DNA from: Paenibacillus sp.
Lineage (GTDB): Bacteria > Bacillota > Bacilli > Paenibacillales > Paenibacillaceae
Direction: 5' to 3'
DNA length: 64,000 nucleotides
Assembly: GCA_023512345.1 (NCBI GenBank)
Contig: JAILZT010000001.1
Coordinates: forward strand, 290,084-354,083
Positions 1 through 9,547 of this stretch are shown piece by piece (the first letter of the stretch is position 1; each line of letters opens with the position of its first letter). The notes under the pieces are model-generated. The model searched no databases. It was given only the letters and a program-made list of their open reading frames with translations, and was not told the origin of the DNA. The translations under genes were made by a program, and so were the position numbers.

Positions 1-447
1 GGACTCGACGTAGGCCTTCATATCCGTGTGGTTGCTGACTACCATAGCAATTTCCGCATCAAGGTCTCCTGCTTGCCACTGCCACAGCAATTCAACCAGA
101 CAATGATCTTCTTTGGAAACAAAGATTGCCAGCTTCTTCTTATGGCTAACATTGAAGATTTGCCAATCCATGTTGAACCGCTCAGCTATTACACTGAATA
201 AAGTGCGCAGCTCTTCCAGACGCTGTTCCAGCTCAGGCAGATCAAACTCTACTCTCATGAAGAACATTCCACCTTCAGGATCCATCGTGTACTGATCCGA
301 CTGTACAATGTTTGCACCATGTTGATATAAAAAGTGTGATACCGCTGCAACAATACCAGGTCCATCTGGGCAGGATATAAGCATACGCGCCCGGTTCGGA
401 TTCAGAGCACTGCCTGAGGAATGCTCTCTTTTAACATGTAATTCCAT
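1..447 (-). CDS. purU: formyltetrahydrofolate deformylase, N-terminal part (gene runs off the left edge)
   Basis: My own minus-strand translation from the ATG at 447 gives MELHVKREHSSGSALNPNRARMLISCPDGPGIVAAVSHFLYQHGANIVQSDQYTMDPEGGMFFMRVEF...LAIFVSKEDHCLVELLWQWQAGDL. This is an ACT domain plus the start of a formyltransferase domain, colinear with B. subtilis PurU/YkkE as I remember it. It is missing from the ORF track because it is truncated. Confidence 0.85.
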   Translation of the reverse strand, partial: MELHVKREHSSGSALNPNRARMLISCPDGPGIVAAVSHFLYQHGANIVQSDQYTMDPEGGMFFMRVEFDLPELEQRLEELRTLFSVIAERFNMDWQIFNVSHKKKLAIFVSKEDHCLVELLWQWQAGDLDAEIAMVVSNHTDMKAYVES

Positions 448-513
448 GATTTCTATTCCGTCCTCTCATCAACTTACGCTATCTATATAGTTATACGAAA
501 CGCTTAGAATCTA

Positions 514-1623
514 TTAACTTCCTGCCAACCAGGCAATCAGACGATGATTGATGGCTTCCTCACTAAGGTTTGGAAACAGCTCGGCAGCAGTTACATAATC
601 ATAGAGCCGCTCAAGCGGTTCGCGTGGATCTTCCTTTTTAGCTTTGGCATCATTTTTCAATACGGTCCATACATCAAGCACATACTGTCGATGATTCAGC
701 TCAAGCCCCGCGAAGAAATCTTGAAGCTTCTGTACATCTTCTATGAATTCGGGACCAAAGCGCTCTTCAACATTCCCACGCAGCAGCGCGATTTCCACTT
801 CGTACATAGGACGCTGAGTTTTCGCATCTTTACCGATCCATGGAGTCTCCAGTATAAATGGCCGACCCGCTAACGCTGGATGATGAACCAATTTGTTGAG
901 GGCTTCAAATCCAATCCAACCGGACCCAATCGGCGTATGACGGTCTTTACTAGCGCCGCATGGATTTTTGCTGTCGTTAACATGCACAACTCCAATACGA
1001 TCCAAACCAATGGTCTGGTCAAAATGCTCCAGCACTCCATCCAGATTATTCACGATATCATATCCGGCATCATGAATATGGCAGGTATCTAAGCAAATGG
1101 ATATACGCTCCTTATGTTCTACCTTCTCAATCATGGAGGCGATTTCCTCGAAGCTGCGGCCCATTTCTGTACCTTTCCCAGCCATGGTTTCCAGGGCGAT
1201 ATGAACCTCAGTTTCGTTAGTTCCACCTAAGACCTCATTTAGTCCGTCAGCAATCCGTTGAATACCATATTCGGCATCCTTATCTGTGAATGCTCCGGGA
1301 TGCAGCACAATGTGCTTAACCCCAAACGCATGCGTTCGACGAATCTCCTCTTTCAGGAAATCAACGGCCAACTTATATGTGCTTTCCTTATAAGAGCCTA
1401 GATTAATAATGTATGGAGCATGAACGATAGTCTCATCGATGCCACTATTCTCCATAGCCAATTTACCTTCTATAACATACAAGTCTTCAATGGGCTTACG
1501 GCGTGTATTTTGCGGTGCTCCGGTATAAAACATAAATGAGCTGGAGCCGTACTCGTTTGCCTCATTGACCGCACTCAGTAACCCTTTCGGTGAGCAGGAC
1601 ACATGAGAACCTATTTTCAGCAT
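514..1623 (-). CDS. nfo: deoxyribonuclease IV (endonuclease IV, AP endonuclease) with a ~70-aa C-terminal extension
   Basis: 369-aa [12 protein letters not shown]...[19 protein letters not shown]...HAPYIINLG...LHPGA...ALETMAGKG...HVNDSKN...ILETP is colinear with Bacillus Nfo/YqfS (about 297 aa). The tail has no match I recognise. Confidence 0.9.
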   Translation of the reverse strand: MLKIGSHVSCSPKGLLSAVNEANEYGSSSFMFYTGAPQNTRRKPIEDLYVIEGKLAMENSGIDETIVHAPYIINLGSYKESTYKLAVDFLKEEIRRTHAFGVKHIVLHPGAFTDKDAEYGIQRIADGLNEVLGGTNETEVHIALETMAGKGTEMGRSFEEIASMIEKVEHKERISICLDTCHIHDAGYDIVNNLDGVLEHFDQTIGLDRIGVVHVNDSKNPCGASKDRHTPIGSGWIGFEALNKLVHHPALAGRPFILETPWIGKDAKTQRPMYEVEIALLRGNVEERFGPEFIEDVQKLQDFFAGLELNHRQYVLDVWTVLKNDAKAKKEDPREPLERLYDYVTAAELFPNLSEEAINHRLIAWLAGS

Positions 1624-1792
1624 GCGACTTCCCTCTTTCTTTCACGAATTAAACCTTATTCTATCGTGATTGAGAAAATAAATCTAGGCAAGCTGGGGGA
1701 TCCCCTTTTTCGCTACGCAAAACATCGGAAATACGTTATAATTTAGGTCAAAGAGAATTTGTGACAATAATCATTGTCGAGGTGAACTATAC

Positions 1793-2257
1793 ATGTCTAT
1801 TAAATTAGAACTTAACTTATTATCTGTCTCACCGAGCAACTGGTTTATGAACTCCATCGCATTTTGGACTTTTTTATTGCTGGGCTCCATGTGTATAGGC
1901 GGTTACTTTATGTTCCGTAAATTTCTAAAGGTTCTGCCTAAAGCTGACGGAAAATCCAAGCTGGATTGGCAAAATTATTGGGTAGAACGCAGCAGACCCC
2001 TATGGAGTGATGAATCTAAAGCTTTTCTGGATCAGCTAGTTCAGCCTGTACCCAGTCCGTTCCGGGATATCGCTAAGCACTCAATAGCTGCCGAAATTGG
2101 CAAGATTGCTGTAGAAACCCATGCGCCTGAGGTTACAAGAGATCACTGTATCAAAGGTTATATTGTGGCCACCCCGAGACGCGACAATCGTTTCCTTGTA
2201 AGTTTTATGGAAAAGAACGGAATCGATTATTCCCCATACCGCCATTTAATGAAATAG
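1793..2257 (+). CDS. hypothetical N-terminally membrane-anchored protein
   Basis: 154-aa ORF with SD GAGGTG 8 nt upstream of the ATG and one N-terminal TM segment (AFWTFLLLGSMCIGGYFMF). Family not recognised with confidence. Confidence 0.6.
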   Translation: MSIKLELNLLSVSPSNWFMNSIAFWTFLLLGSMCIGGYFMFRKFLKVLPKADGKSKLDWQNYWVERSRPLWSDESKAFLDQLVQPVPSPFRDIAKHSIAAEIGKIAVETHAPEVTRDHCIKGYIVATPRRDNRFLVSFMEKNGIDYSPYRHLMK

Positions 2258-2326
2258 GCCATTTTCAATACCCGCAACGTTAATAAGCTCAGCATCCGAA
2301 AGGGCTGTCCAAAGGAGGACTCCAGC

Positions 2327-3229
2327 TTGAAGTATGCAATATGCGGAGGTACCGGGTTTATCGGCAGTGCTCTTACTAAATACTGGCTTCAAGCGGGCCA
2401 CGAGGTTATTGTTATCGGAAGAAAACTTCCGGACACACCTTCAATTAGTCAGCTTCTTCATTACGTAACCTGGGATAGTCTCGCATCAAACCCCAGTCCT
2501 GCCGAAGGCTGTGATGCCTTGGTTAATCTTGCCGGAGCTTCACTCAGCCAACGCTGGAGTCCTAAGGGAAAACAGGCCATTAGACAATCCCGTCTTGAAA
2601 CCGTTACCGCGGCCGCTAAACTTATTGAGTCTCTGGAGCATAAACCTTCCGTGGTCATTCAATCCTCTGCGGTAGCCATTTATGGCACTTCCGAGCAGGA
2701 CACTTTTGATGAATCCTCGCCAGCCCGAGTGATGGATTTCCCTTCGGAAGTTGTAAGCGACTGGGAAGAAGCCGCAGACCGCTCCTACAAAGGTGTTCGC
2801 CTTGTGAAGCTGCGTACCGGGGTTGTTCTTGGCAACAAAAGCGGTGCTTTCCCCAAAATAAAGCTGCCCTACCTGCTCGGCTTTGGCGGTAAAATAGGCA
2901 GTGGCCGTCAATGGGTGCCTTGGATTCATCTCTTGGATATCATTGCTTTAATAGACTTCTGTATCGTTAACCATGAAATATCCGGTCCTGTGAATGCAAC
3001 TGCACCGGAACCTGCTATCAATGATGAATTAGGAAGAACAATCGGGAAAGTATATCACCGCCCGCATTGGTTCCCCTTGCCTGCTTTCTTACTAACAACA
3101 GCAGTTGGCGAGCTCTCGGAGATTTTACTTAAGGGTCAACGTGTTCTTCCACAAAAGGCATTACTTCATGGCTTTTCGTTTACTTATCCTAGACTTCAAA
3201 GTGCTCTGGAGCAGTTAAAGTCCGAATAG
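2327..3229 (+). CDS. TIGR01777/YfcH-type NAD-dependent epimerase family protein (SDR fold plus DUF1731-like C-terminus)
   Basis: 300-aa ORF with a TTG start 7 nt after AAGGAGGA. Rossmann motif ICGGTGFIGSAL, and the C-terminal GRQWVPWIHLLD...GPVNATAP pattern typical of this family. Confidence 0.8.
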   Translation: MKYAICGGTGFIGSALTKYWLQAGHEVIVIGRKLPDTPSISQLLHYVTWDSLASNPSPAEGCDALVNLAGASLSQRWSPKGKQAIRQSRLETVTAAAKLIESLEHKPSVVIQSSAVAIYGTSEQDTFDESSPARVMDFPSEVVSDWEEAADRSYKGVRLVKLRTGVVLGNKSGAFPKIKLPYLLGFGGKIGSGRQWVPWIHLLDIIALIDFCIVNHEISGPVNATAPEPAINDELGRTIGKVYHRPHWFPLPAFLLTTAVGELSEILLKGQRVLPQKALLHGFSFTYPRLQSALEQLKSE

Positions 3230-3256
3230 TCCTAAACGGACGGTGTTATGTAAATA

Positions 3257-4813
3257 TCATGCGGTTCGAAATGTATACTTGCCCTTCACGATCGTAAATA
3301 CATCTCCCTCTGCAAGTGGGTATTCCTTATAGGGTATCATGGGTTCACCTTGAAAAAAGGTGCCGTTCCGCGAATTGAGATCCTTTAAAAGGTACCCGCC
3401 TGTGCTTCTGGAGATTTCAGCATGAACACGAGAAGCTCCTTCGGAGCTCTCAATATATTGCGCAACTTCTGTAGAGCGGCCAATAATGAAACTCGGACGG
3501 TTCAGATCAATTCTTTCCCTAACGCCATCACCTTCTTCATCCTGCCTCTCTAAATATGGAGCTTCGTTTTGTCTTTTCCCCAAACCTTGTTCTGTCACTG
3601 GATTCTTCTCCCTAGATAACAGTGCGGTTGGTGCAATAGACACTGGGCTATGAGTTATCTCTTGAACATCAGCCATAAAGTCAGTCAATCTTACATTGCT
3701 CTGAGTTGCTGCTCTATGATCAAGATCGATTGCGCTCGGGCGAAGATTAGGAAGCGATGGCCTGCCAAAGCTATGCCTACTCTCCTCTGGGCTCAAACCG
3801 GCCATACCTGCTTTTATATCAGCCTCCTCATCGTTATCATTTTTCCTCCCTCCCAGTCGTATCAAACTCTTCCAAGCCAATATACTTAAAGTAGCCAATA
3901 TAATACTTAGAACTCCACAAACCATAAATGTTAATGTGTTGGAATTATTGAGATATACAAACTTCCATAATAGTGCATCCGCCAAAAGACATCCCAATAT
4001 TATGTAAGTTTTTGAGCCTGACGTCTGAATAATCTCAGAGTCTGTGCTATCGGCATTATTCATACCCCGGTCATTTTCCACTCTATTAAAAGTGGTATAC
4101 CCGCTTGTCCATCCCGGTGTTTGCCGCTTATTCTCAGGCAGCTCTTCTTCGGGAATCAACGGAATTCGCGGCCTTTCGGGCCTAGGTGATACTCGTTCAT
4201 CTTCAGAAATTCGATCAAGTTTATTGGAATCGACACCTTCAGTTAAGAGCCCCGCAAGCAATGCCTTAAGTCCTCCCGATGAAAAACCTTCCTCCCCGCA
4301 ATATTGCAGAAGCCTTTGCACCCCATTTCCCCTAAGCTCGGTGATAGAAGCCATTAGCACCATAATCAAAGATCTCATTCTCTCACCAGGCTTAACTGGA
4401 TCAGCAGGATTGTCGAGTGGTATATAGGTCAAATATACCTTCCCGTTTAACAACGCTCCTTCTATAAAAATATAATCCTCATGCAGAGCGTACATCCCCG
4501 GGTCCAGCATATACAGCCTTCCTTCCTCCATCCCTTGGGCAACTTGCAGAAGAAGTCCGAAGAATGCGTTCATAGTAAGCTTTTCACTTTTTAGCAGATG
4601 TGAAAGCATCTTTTTACCGGAGACCGTGTATTCCAAGCTAAGCTTCAAATCGATTTCCTTGAGATATAACCTTAAATGGTTAGGAATCCTCGTGTGCATC
4701 ATCATCCGTGTTTGTATCCTATTTAGCTTATCTGCTGACAGCCCATCGGACTCATCAAGCACCATACATATGCCGTCCCTTTGTATAAAGTCACAGGTTA
4801 ATCCAAACAACAC
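3257..4813 (-). CDS. FHA-domain membrane protein, last gene of the tad operon
   Basis: 518-aa ORF with a GTG start after GGGGGTGA. The C-terminal FHA signature is FIIGRS...RVHAEISRSTGGYLLKDLNSRNGTFFQGE...GDVFTIVKGKYTF. There are central TM helices (YIILGCLLADALLWKF / FMVCGVLSIILATLSILAW) and an N-terminal globular domain of unknown family. Confidence 0.8.
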   Translation of the reverse strand: MLFGLTCDFIQRDGICMVLDESDGLSADKLNRIQTRMMMHTRIPNHLRLYLKEIDLKLSLEYTVSGKKMLSHLLKSEKLTMNAFFGLLLQVAQGMEEGRLYMLDPGMYALHEDYIFIEGALLNGKVYLTYIPLDNPADPVKPGERMRSLIMVLMASITELRGNGVQRLLQYCGEEGFSSGGLKALLAGLLTEGVDSNKLDRISEDERVSPRPERPRIPLIPEEELPENKRQTPGWTSGYTTFNRVENDRGMNNADSTDSEIIQTSGSKTYIILGCLLADALLWKFVYLNNSNTLTFMVCGVLSIILATLSILAWKSLIRLGGRKNDNDEEADIKAGMAGLSPEESRHSFGRPSLPNLRPSAIDLDHRAATQSNVRLTDFMADVQEITHSPVSIAPTALLSREKNPVTEQGLGKRQNEAPYLERQDEEGDGVRERIDLNRPSFIIGRSTEVAQYIESSEGASRVHAEISRSTGGYLLKDLNSRNGTFFQGEPMIPYKEYPLAEGDVFTIVKGKYTFRTA

Positions 4814-4826
4814 CTATCACCCCCTT

Positions 4827-5336
4827 TTAAAAGTAAAGATACGCACACACGGAACCGGGAATGACAGCCAGCATAAAGGGAAAGCGCAGCAACTCTGCTT
4901 CATGCCCCTTTAAGACACTTAGGTTGCCAAGTACCAGAAACCCAGTAAGCGAGTTAATCGTTTTACGTAAACGCATACCCATTTCGCGCCGCCGCAGCAC
5001 GATTACCCAACCAATTAGCGCTCCAAAAAAAACCGAGTACATAATAACCTGTGCCGTGAATAACACTCCAGTCCAAGCTCCAATTCCCGCAAAAAGCTTG
5101 ACGTCTCCTGCACCAACCGCACCTATGGAATACATAATCAGTAATAATATAAAACCAACAACAGCACCACAAATTGCAAATAATAACCCTTGCCATCCCT
5201 GCACAATTGCTTGAACCAGCAGCCCTGTAAGGAGTGCAGTTACTGTAATCCAGTTCGGTATTCTCATCGACCGTATATCTGTAATTAAAGCTGCCGCCAA
5301 AAAAGGGGTACAGCCCCAAAATGCCCATTCCGTCAT
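4827..5336 (-). CDS. tadV: prepilin peptidase, A24 family (TadV/CpaA-like)
   Basis: 169-aa polytopic membrane ORF. It carries the two Asp motifs expected for A24 peptidases (TDIRSMRIPN and GAGDVKLFAGIG) and sits in a tad locus. Confidence 0.8.
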   Translation of the reverse strand: MTEWAFWGCTPFLAAALITDIRSMRIPNWITVTALLTGLLVQAIVQGWQGLLFAICGAVVGFILLLIMYSIGAVGAGDVKLFAGIGAWTGVLFTAQVIMYSVFFGALIGWVIVLRRREMGMRLRKTINSLTGFLVLGNLSVLKGHEAELLRFPFMLAVIPGSVCAYLYF

Positions 5337-5360
5337 AGATTACCTCCTTCTTCAGTCTTC

Positions 5361-6344
5361 CTATTTCACAACAGTAAATGTCACTTCAATAAATTGACCG
5401 TCATCGGTCTGTATTGTGAATGGCCATGAACCAGGAGTTGTATTCACCCCAATCTTCCACTCCCACTCGATATAACCCTGGCTATCCGCCTGCTTCCAGC
5501 CCAGATATTTAGCACTGCTTTTACCACTCTTATAGAAGATTGTTAAATTGGCCGAAGAATTGGGATTGATTTTCGCACGAATCTTCCCTTGTTTGTTCGC
5601 AACCCCGGGATTCGGTTTCTCCAGAATAATAATTGCATTCTCAGCATTAGGATCTTTAACTTCTCCTCCATTTCCGTATTCGCCTGTATCTCCAATCCAA
5701 AGCCTTTCAACAGCACTGGCCTCCAGGACAATACTTTGATTCAAAAAGGGGACTTTCATAGGCAGCTCGTAGCTAACCTGTAATCCAAAGTAGGGGCGGG
5801 TTCCCTCTTTTATTTCCGGTACCACCAGATTGGTTACATGAATTCTTTCATATTCGAGCATTTCGGTAGCCACATACGGTTTAAGCAAAGGTTTTACAGC
5901 CACATCCAAAATACTTTGTGAAGCTTCTGCCTGCAGCTCCTGCAGAGGTCCCTCCCCTTTCTGCACCGCATCTCTCACCCAATCATCTAGTGGCGAGGGT
6001 AAGGAGGACGCATATTTTTCACTCCAATCTGTTAGTGACAGGCGTGGAATACTCCAATTTGAGGTTGATCGGGATTCAGGTTCTCCTGATTCCTGTATTA
6101 TTTCTCCCTGACCATTACGATTCCACTTCTGGGCAGCAAGGGCAGCGGGGTACATATGAGTAGATACTACTTTGACAGTATCGGAGACGGTGCTTTGCAG
6201 AGCAGTGGAATACAAGGTCATCTGCACCATGAAAATCAGGAACAAAACAAAAAGCAGAAAGATGGGCATAACCATTGCCGCTTCAACGACCATACTACCC
6301 TCGTTTTTCTCTGCCTCCCCATCCCGGCACCCATACTTCATCAT
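5361..6344 (-). CDS. TadE-like pseudopilin with an extra beta-rich C-terminal domain
   Basis: I place the start at the ATG at 6344 (SD AGGAGAAGGG 8 nt upstream). The track start at 6428 would overlap the upstream gene. Prepilin-like N-terminus EG|SMVVEAAMVMPIFLLFVLFLIF. The C-terminal ~100 aa are beta-strand rich (LTIFYKSGK...YIEWEWKIGVNTTPGSWPFTIQTDDGQFIEVTFTVVK). Confidence 0.65.
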   Translation of the reverse strand: MMKYGCRDGEAEKNEGSMVVEAAMVMPIFLLFVLFLIFMVQMTLYSTALQSTVSDTVKVVSTHMYPAALAAQKWNRNGQGEIIQESGEPESRSTSNWSIPRLSLTDWSEKYASSLPSPLDDWVRDAVQKGEGPLQELQAEASQSILDVAVKPLLKPYVATEMLEYERIHVTNLVVPEIKEGTRPYFGLQVSYELPMKVPFLNQSIVLEASAVERLWIGDTGEYGNGGEVKDPNAENAIIILEKPNPGVANKQGKIRAKINPNSSANLTIFYKSGKSSAKYLGWKQADSQGYIEWEWKIGVNTTPGSWPFTIQTDDGQFIEVTFTVVK

Positions 6345-6360
6345 CGCCACTACCCTTCTC

Positions 6361-8625
6361 CTAATAAGCAAAGTCCGCCTGTAATTCCCTGTAATATGTA
6401 TTCTTCTGCACATCTCCCGGAAGTACACCTGTATAATCCAATGCTTTTATTACACCAGGCAAGAACCATAATCGCATTCCCACCCTAATTTCTGATGAAG
6501 CATAGGTGAATTTCTCCGCAGGATTAATCCCTGTATTCAGCCGAATTAAGGCAAGCATTCGCGACAATTGAACTTCTCCTCCACCGTGCAGCAGCATGAA
6601 GAGACGCAGATAATCTCGGTAAGTAAGCTGTGCCGGTACATATTTGGAGAATGGGAGTGAGCCCTCCTTGCACAGAAGCACCATATCTTCTAGTGCTTTA
6701 TTAATCCCGTACAACAACGCTGCGGCCGTAACCGCTAACGGGTTACCAAGAGTTGCTTTCTCAATGAACCCCTCCATCGTTCGCATCGCCAGTCTCATAG
6801 CAAATATTTCACTATATGCTGCTGCTACGTTTCCGGCGGGATTATTAAATCCGTAGAGAATATACTCAAGCTCCTGATTACGGGGATCCATCTGATCTGA
6901 CAGCTGCTGAAGCGAATTCCCTTCCCCTTGTTCTGCCAAAGAAACCAATCCAGAAATATCAAAGGGTTGAAAATAGAGAGCAGCATATTCCGTTTGGAAA
7001 AGTCGGTCTCTAGCCCCGTTCAAGACACTGCCCATCGCTTCATATATTCCATCCATATCACCCATGGCTGCAGAGCCAGCCTCATAAGGAGTAGAGGATG
7101 ACCGTGCCTCATATGGCACATCTTGATTTAGCCTTGCATTTAAGCTGATATTCTCGTCGTAATATTGATGGAGTGTATTATAGCGTTCCAGTGAATCACT
7201 CGTCTGTTGCCCCAAATCTCGTATCTTGTTGATGATGTCCATGGCATCGCGCAATTTGGCTTTACTCTGTTTCTCGGTCTCCTTTCGCTCTTTATCAGAG
7301 GTACGGTGAGTTTCAATAGCTGCCTTTACAGTGGAAATAACGCTCCCCCTACCCCCATACTCCTGAATATAGGAATTAGCCGCTCTCGAAGCCTCTAACA
7401 CAGAGGTTGTTAACCACGAAACATCCGCATTCAGCCCTGAGGCATTCAACAAAACTGCAGGCAACCCAGATACTTCACGTTGCAATGTTTGATAAGAACG
7501 ATCCTGTTCGGATAAACTCGTGTCCAAATCACTGAGTACCGTGGCAGATAGGAGCAAACTTTCACCCTGCTCGCTCAGCTTAGGTATTGTACTGTTACCT
7601 GCCTCATTTGTTGGGCTACCTGGAATATCCCAAGCCGCAGCGGATTCATAGGCAGGACGGGTATCATTATTTCTTGACTGCTCTATAACCGACTTCATAC
7701 TTTCATTTAGCCCCACTGCCTCTTGGAGCGCATTCTTAGATTCCTCCATTAATCTTGTATGCGTCTCCTGAAAGGCGAGTATTGTATCCTTAAGCAGAGA
7801 CGTAACCTGAGAGGATTGCCACAAATAATTAGAGATTTGATAGCTGTATATGGGATACTCATCCTCCTCCAGGTACATATCGGCATAAGTCTTATTAACA
7901 AAATCACTATATTGGCCAACTATATCTGCTGCACTCGAGACTCCACCAAGGTACTGGAAGGGAATATCTATCGACCCCGGCGGGCTGATGATTAATTCGA
8001 GCATTACTTTCCCGCTGTCGGCTGCTTGACTTCGTCGTTCCAGCATTAAGTCCAATGCATCTTCACGTTTGTCATATAGCGGCTGCAGTTTACCGAACAA
8101 ATCTATAGTTCGCGAGGCCTCCCCCATTGCAGTGGATACCGTTTTGAACTTTCCGGCCAGTTCCAGTGTGAAGTCAATCGGGGCCTTATACTTCATCTCT
8201 TCATTAATTTGGCGGCGGAAAACAGTATATTCCCCTAGTGGACGTTCCCACTTTATAGAAGAGGATTCCAGCGCTAGCGGCAGGATATTGAATTCATCAC
8301 CACGTCCGCTTGTCTGCAAATTATCGGTGAGTATCTTGGCCAATAACATATCTCCACTACTATCTCCGTAGGCAAATAAACCGTAATTTTCTCTTAGACT
8401 GATGTCGTACGACGACATTACAGATCGAATACCCGCCCGGGCCAGTCGCTCTCCTTGTGTGTTGGCGGCAGCAATCCGTACATAATCTATCAGCACAGCA
8501 GAAAACAGGAATACAAACGCTAGAACCATAATTAGGAACACTGAGACGGAGCCTTGCGTTTGTCTAATACACCGCCGCCAAGAACCCTTAAATGCAACAA
8601 ATGATTTGAATGTAAATCTATTCAT
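6361..8625 (-). CDS. 754-aa TadG-like (Tad N-terminal domain) pilus-associated protein, otherwise unknown
   Basis: The N-terminus QG|SVSVFLIMVLAFVFLFSAVLIDYVRIAAA matches the TadE/G-like pseudopilin pattern. The remaining ~700 aa are mostly helical with no motif I recognise. Confidence 0.6.
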   Translation of the reverse strand: MNRFTFKSFVAFKGSWRRCIRQTQGSVSVFLIMVLAFVFLFSAVLIDYVRIAAANTQGERLARAGIRSVMSSYDISLRENYGLFAYGDSSGDMLLAKILTDNLQTSGRGDEFNILPLALESSSIKWERPLGEYTVFRRQINEEMKYKAPIDFTLELAGKFKTVSTAMGEASRTIDLFGKLQPLYDKREDALDLMLERRSQAADSGKVMLELIISPPGSIDIPFQYLGGVSSAADIVGQYSDFVNKTYADMYLEEDEYPIYSYQISNYLWQSSQVTSLLKDTILAFQETHTRLMEESKNALQEAVGLNESMKSVIEQSRNNDTRPAYESAAAWDIPGSPTNEAGNSTIPKLSEQGESLLLSATVLSDLDTSLSEQDRSYQTLQREVSGLPAVLLNASGLNADVSWLTTSVLEASRAANSYIQEYGGRGSVISTVKAAIETHRTSDKERKETEKQSKAKLRDAMDIINKIRDLGQQTSDSLERYNTLHQYYDENISLNARLNQDVPYEARSSSTPYEAGSAAMGDMDGIYEAMGSVLNGARDRLFQTEYAALYFQPFDISGLVSLAEQGEGNSLQQLSDQMDPRNQELEYILYGFNNPAGNVAAAYSEIFAMRLAMRTMEGFIEKATLGNPLAVTAAALLYGINKALEDMVLLCKEGSLPFSKYVPAQLTYRDYLRLFMLLHGGGEVQLSRMLALIRLNTGINPAEKFTYASSEIRVGMRLWFLPGVIKALDYTGVLPGDVQKNTYYRELQADFAY

Positions 8626-8678
8626 GCACCCTCCTTCTTCCCAAAAGCTCTACTTATGTGCTTATCACATCTGGTACT

Positions 8679-9386
8679 TCACTTTCCCTTGAGCTTACCT
8701 ACCATTTCAGAGGCGTCCTTTTGTTTCATTGCTGTTCCGGGTTCCTCATTTCCCGTTCGACCCTGAAATTTCTGTCCATAATATCGCATCAGATCGACCG
8801 TACGAATGAACTCAACAGGTTCAACTACAAAGGATTGGGTTTCGACTAGCGGTACACCTCCATCAGATAACACATCATCCAATCCAGGCAGGTCCAGCAT
8901 ACGCTTAAGCTTTGTGCTTACTTTCCGGCCGGTTAGACTAATGGCATACTTGATTTCTCCCGGCATATTAACCGGAACCCTGACAGCCGATTGTCCCAGC
9001 TTTATTCCAGGTAAATCTCCCGCCGATCCTTCAGCCTCCTTGGGCAGCAATACCGTCACACTGCCACTTTCAGCCCCGGTTCCAAATAATGAACCCAGCA
9101 TGTTGTCATCACCTATACGCCAATAAAGAGAATCATACTGACCCACTGGAAAGGCTCCAGTGCCCTCCTTGTGACTGTTGTCCCAATTGAAAGCCCCCCG
9201 TTCTGCTGTGGCAGACGCCACCTGAAGCAGCATTGATTTCTGATAGCTGTAGAGGCAGAAAAACAAGAGCAGCATCGTTATAAACATAATAATAGGCAGT
9301 AAAAACGAGGCTTCTACCGTGAAACTGCCATCATCTTTCCATAAGCTACTCAAATACTTCCTGACTCTTCTCACCTGCTGTGGCAA
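8679..9386 (-). CDS. TadE-like pseudopilin
   Basis: 235-aa ORF with the motif DDG|SFTVEASFLLPIIMFITMLLLFF. The TTG start overlaps the flp stop by 41 nt, so the exact start is uncertain. Confidence 0.7.
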   Translation of the reverse strand: MPQQVRRVRKYLSSLWKDDGSFTVEASFLLPIIMFITMLLLFFCLYSYQKSMLLQVASATAERGAFNWDNSHKEGTGAFPVGQYDSLYWRIGDDNMLGSLFGTGAESGSVTVLLPKEAEGSAGDLPGIKLGQSAVRVPVNMPGEIKYAISLTGRKVSTKLKRMLDLPGLDDVLSDGGVPLVETQSFVVEPVEFIRTVDLMRYYGQKFQGRTGNEEPGTAMKQKDASEMVGKLKGK

Positions 9387-9543
9387 TCAAGCTTTTAACT
9401 ACCTTTACAATCTCCTCCCGAAATACCAGAACCACTGCAATCAATACAGCAATAATCAAGATCATTTCCAAGGTTCCCAGCCCTTCTTCCTCTCTCCAAA
9501 ACCCCGCTGCATTTCTCAATAACGTTGACATCATAGTCCTCAT
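9346..9543 (-). CDS. flp: Flp-family type IVc prepilin
   Basis: 65-aa ORF, MRTMMSTLLRNAAGFWREEEG|LGTLEMILIIAVLIAVVLVF. It has a Gly cleavage site with Glu at +5 followed by a hydrophobic helix, the typical Firmicute Flp1-like layout. Confidence 0.75.
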   Translation of the reverse strand: MRTMMSTLLRNAAGFWREEEGLGTLEMILIIAVLIAVVLVFREEIVKVVKSLIATAGEKSQEVFE

Positions 9544-9547
9544 CCTC

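Noticed and set aside
4963-5328. 121-aa minus-strand ORF and 117-aa plus-strand ORF overlapping the prepilin peptidase gene.
   Set aside because: They are alternative frames of a membrane-protein gene. The 169-aa frame carries the A24 Asp motifs and regular TM helices, and the others have no features.
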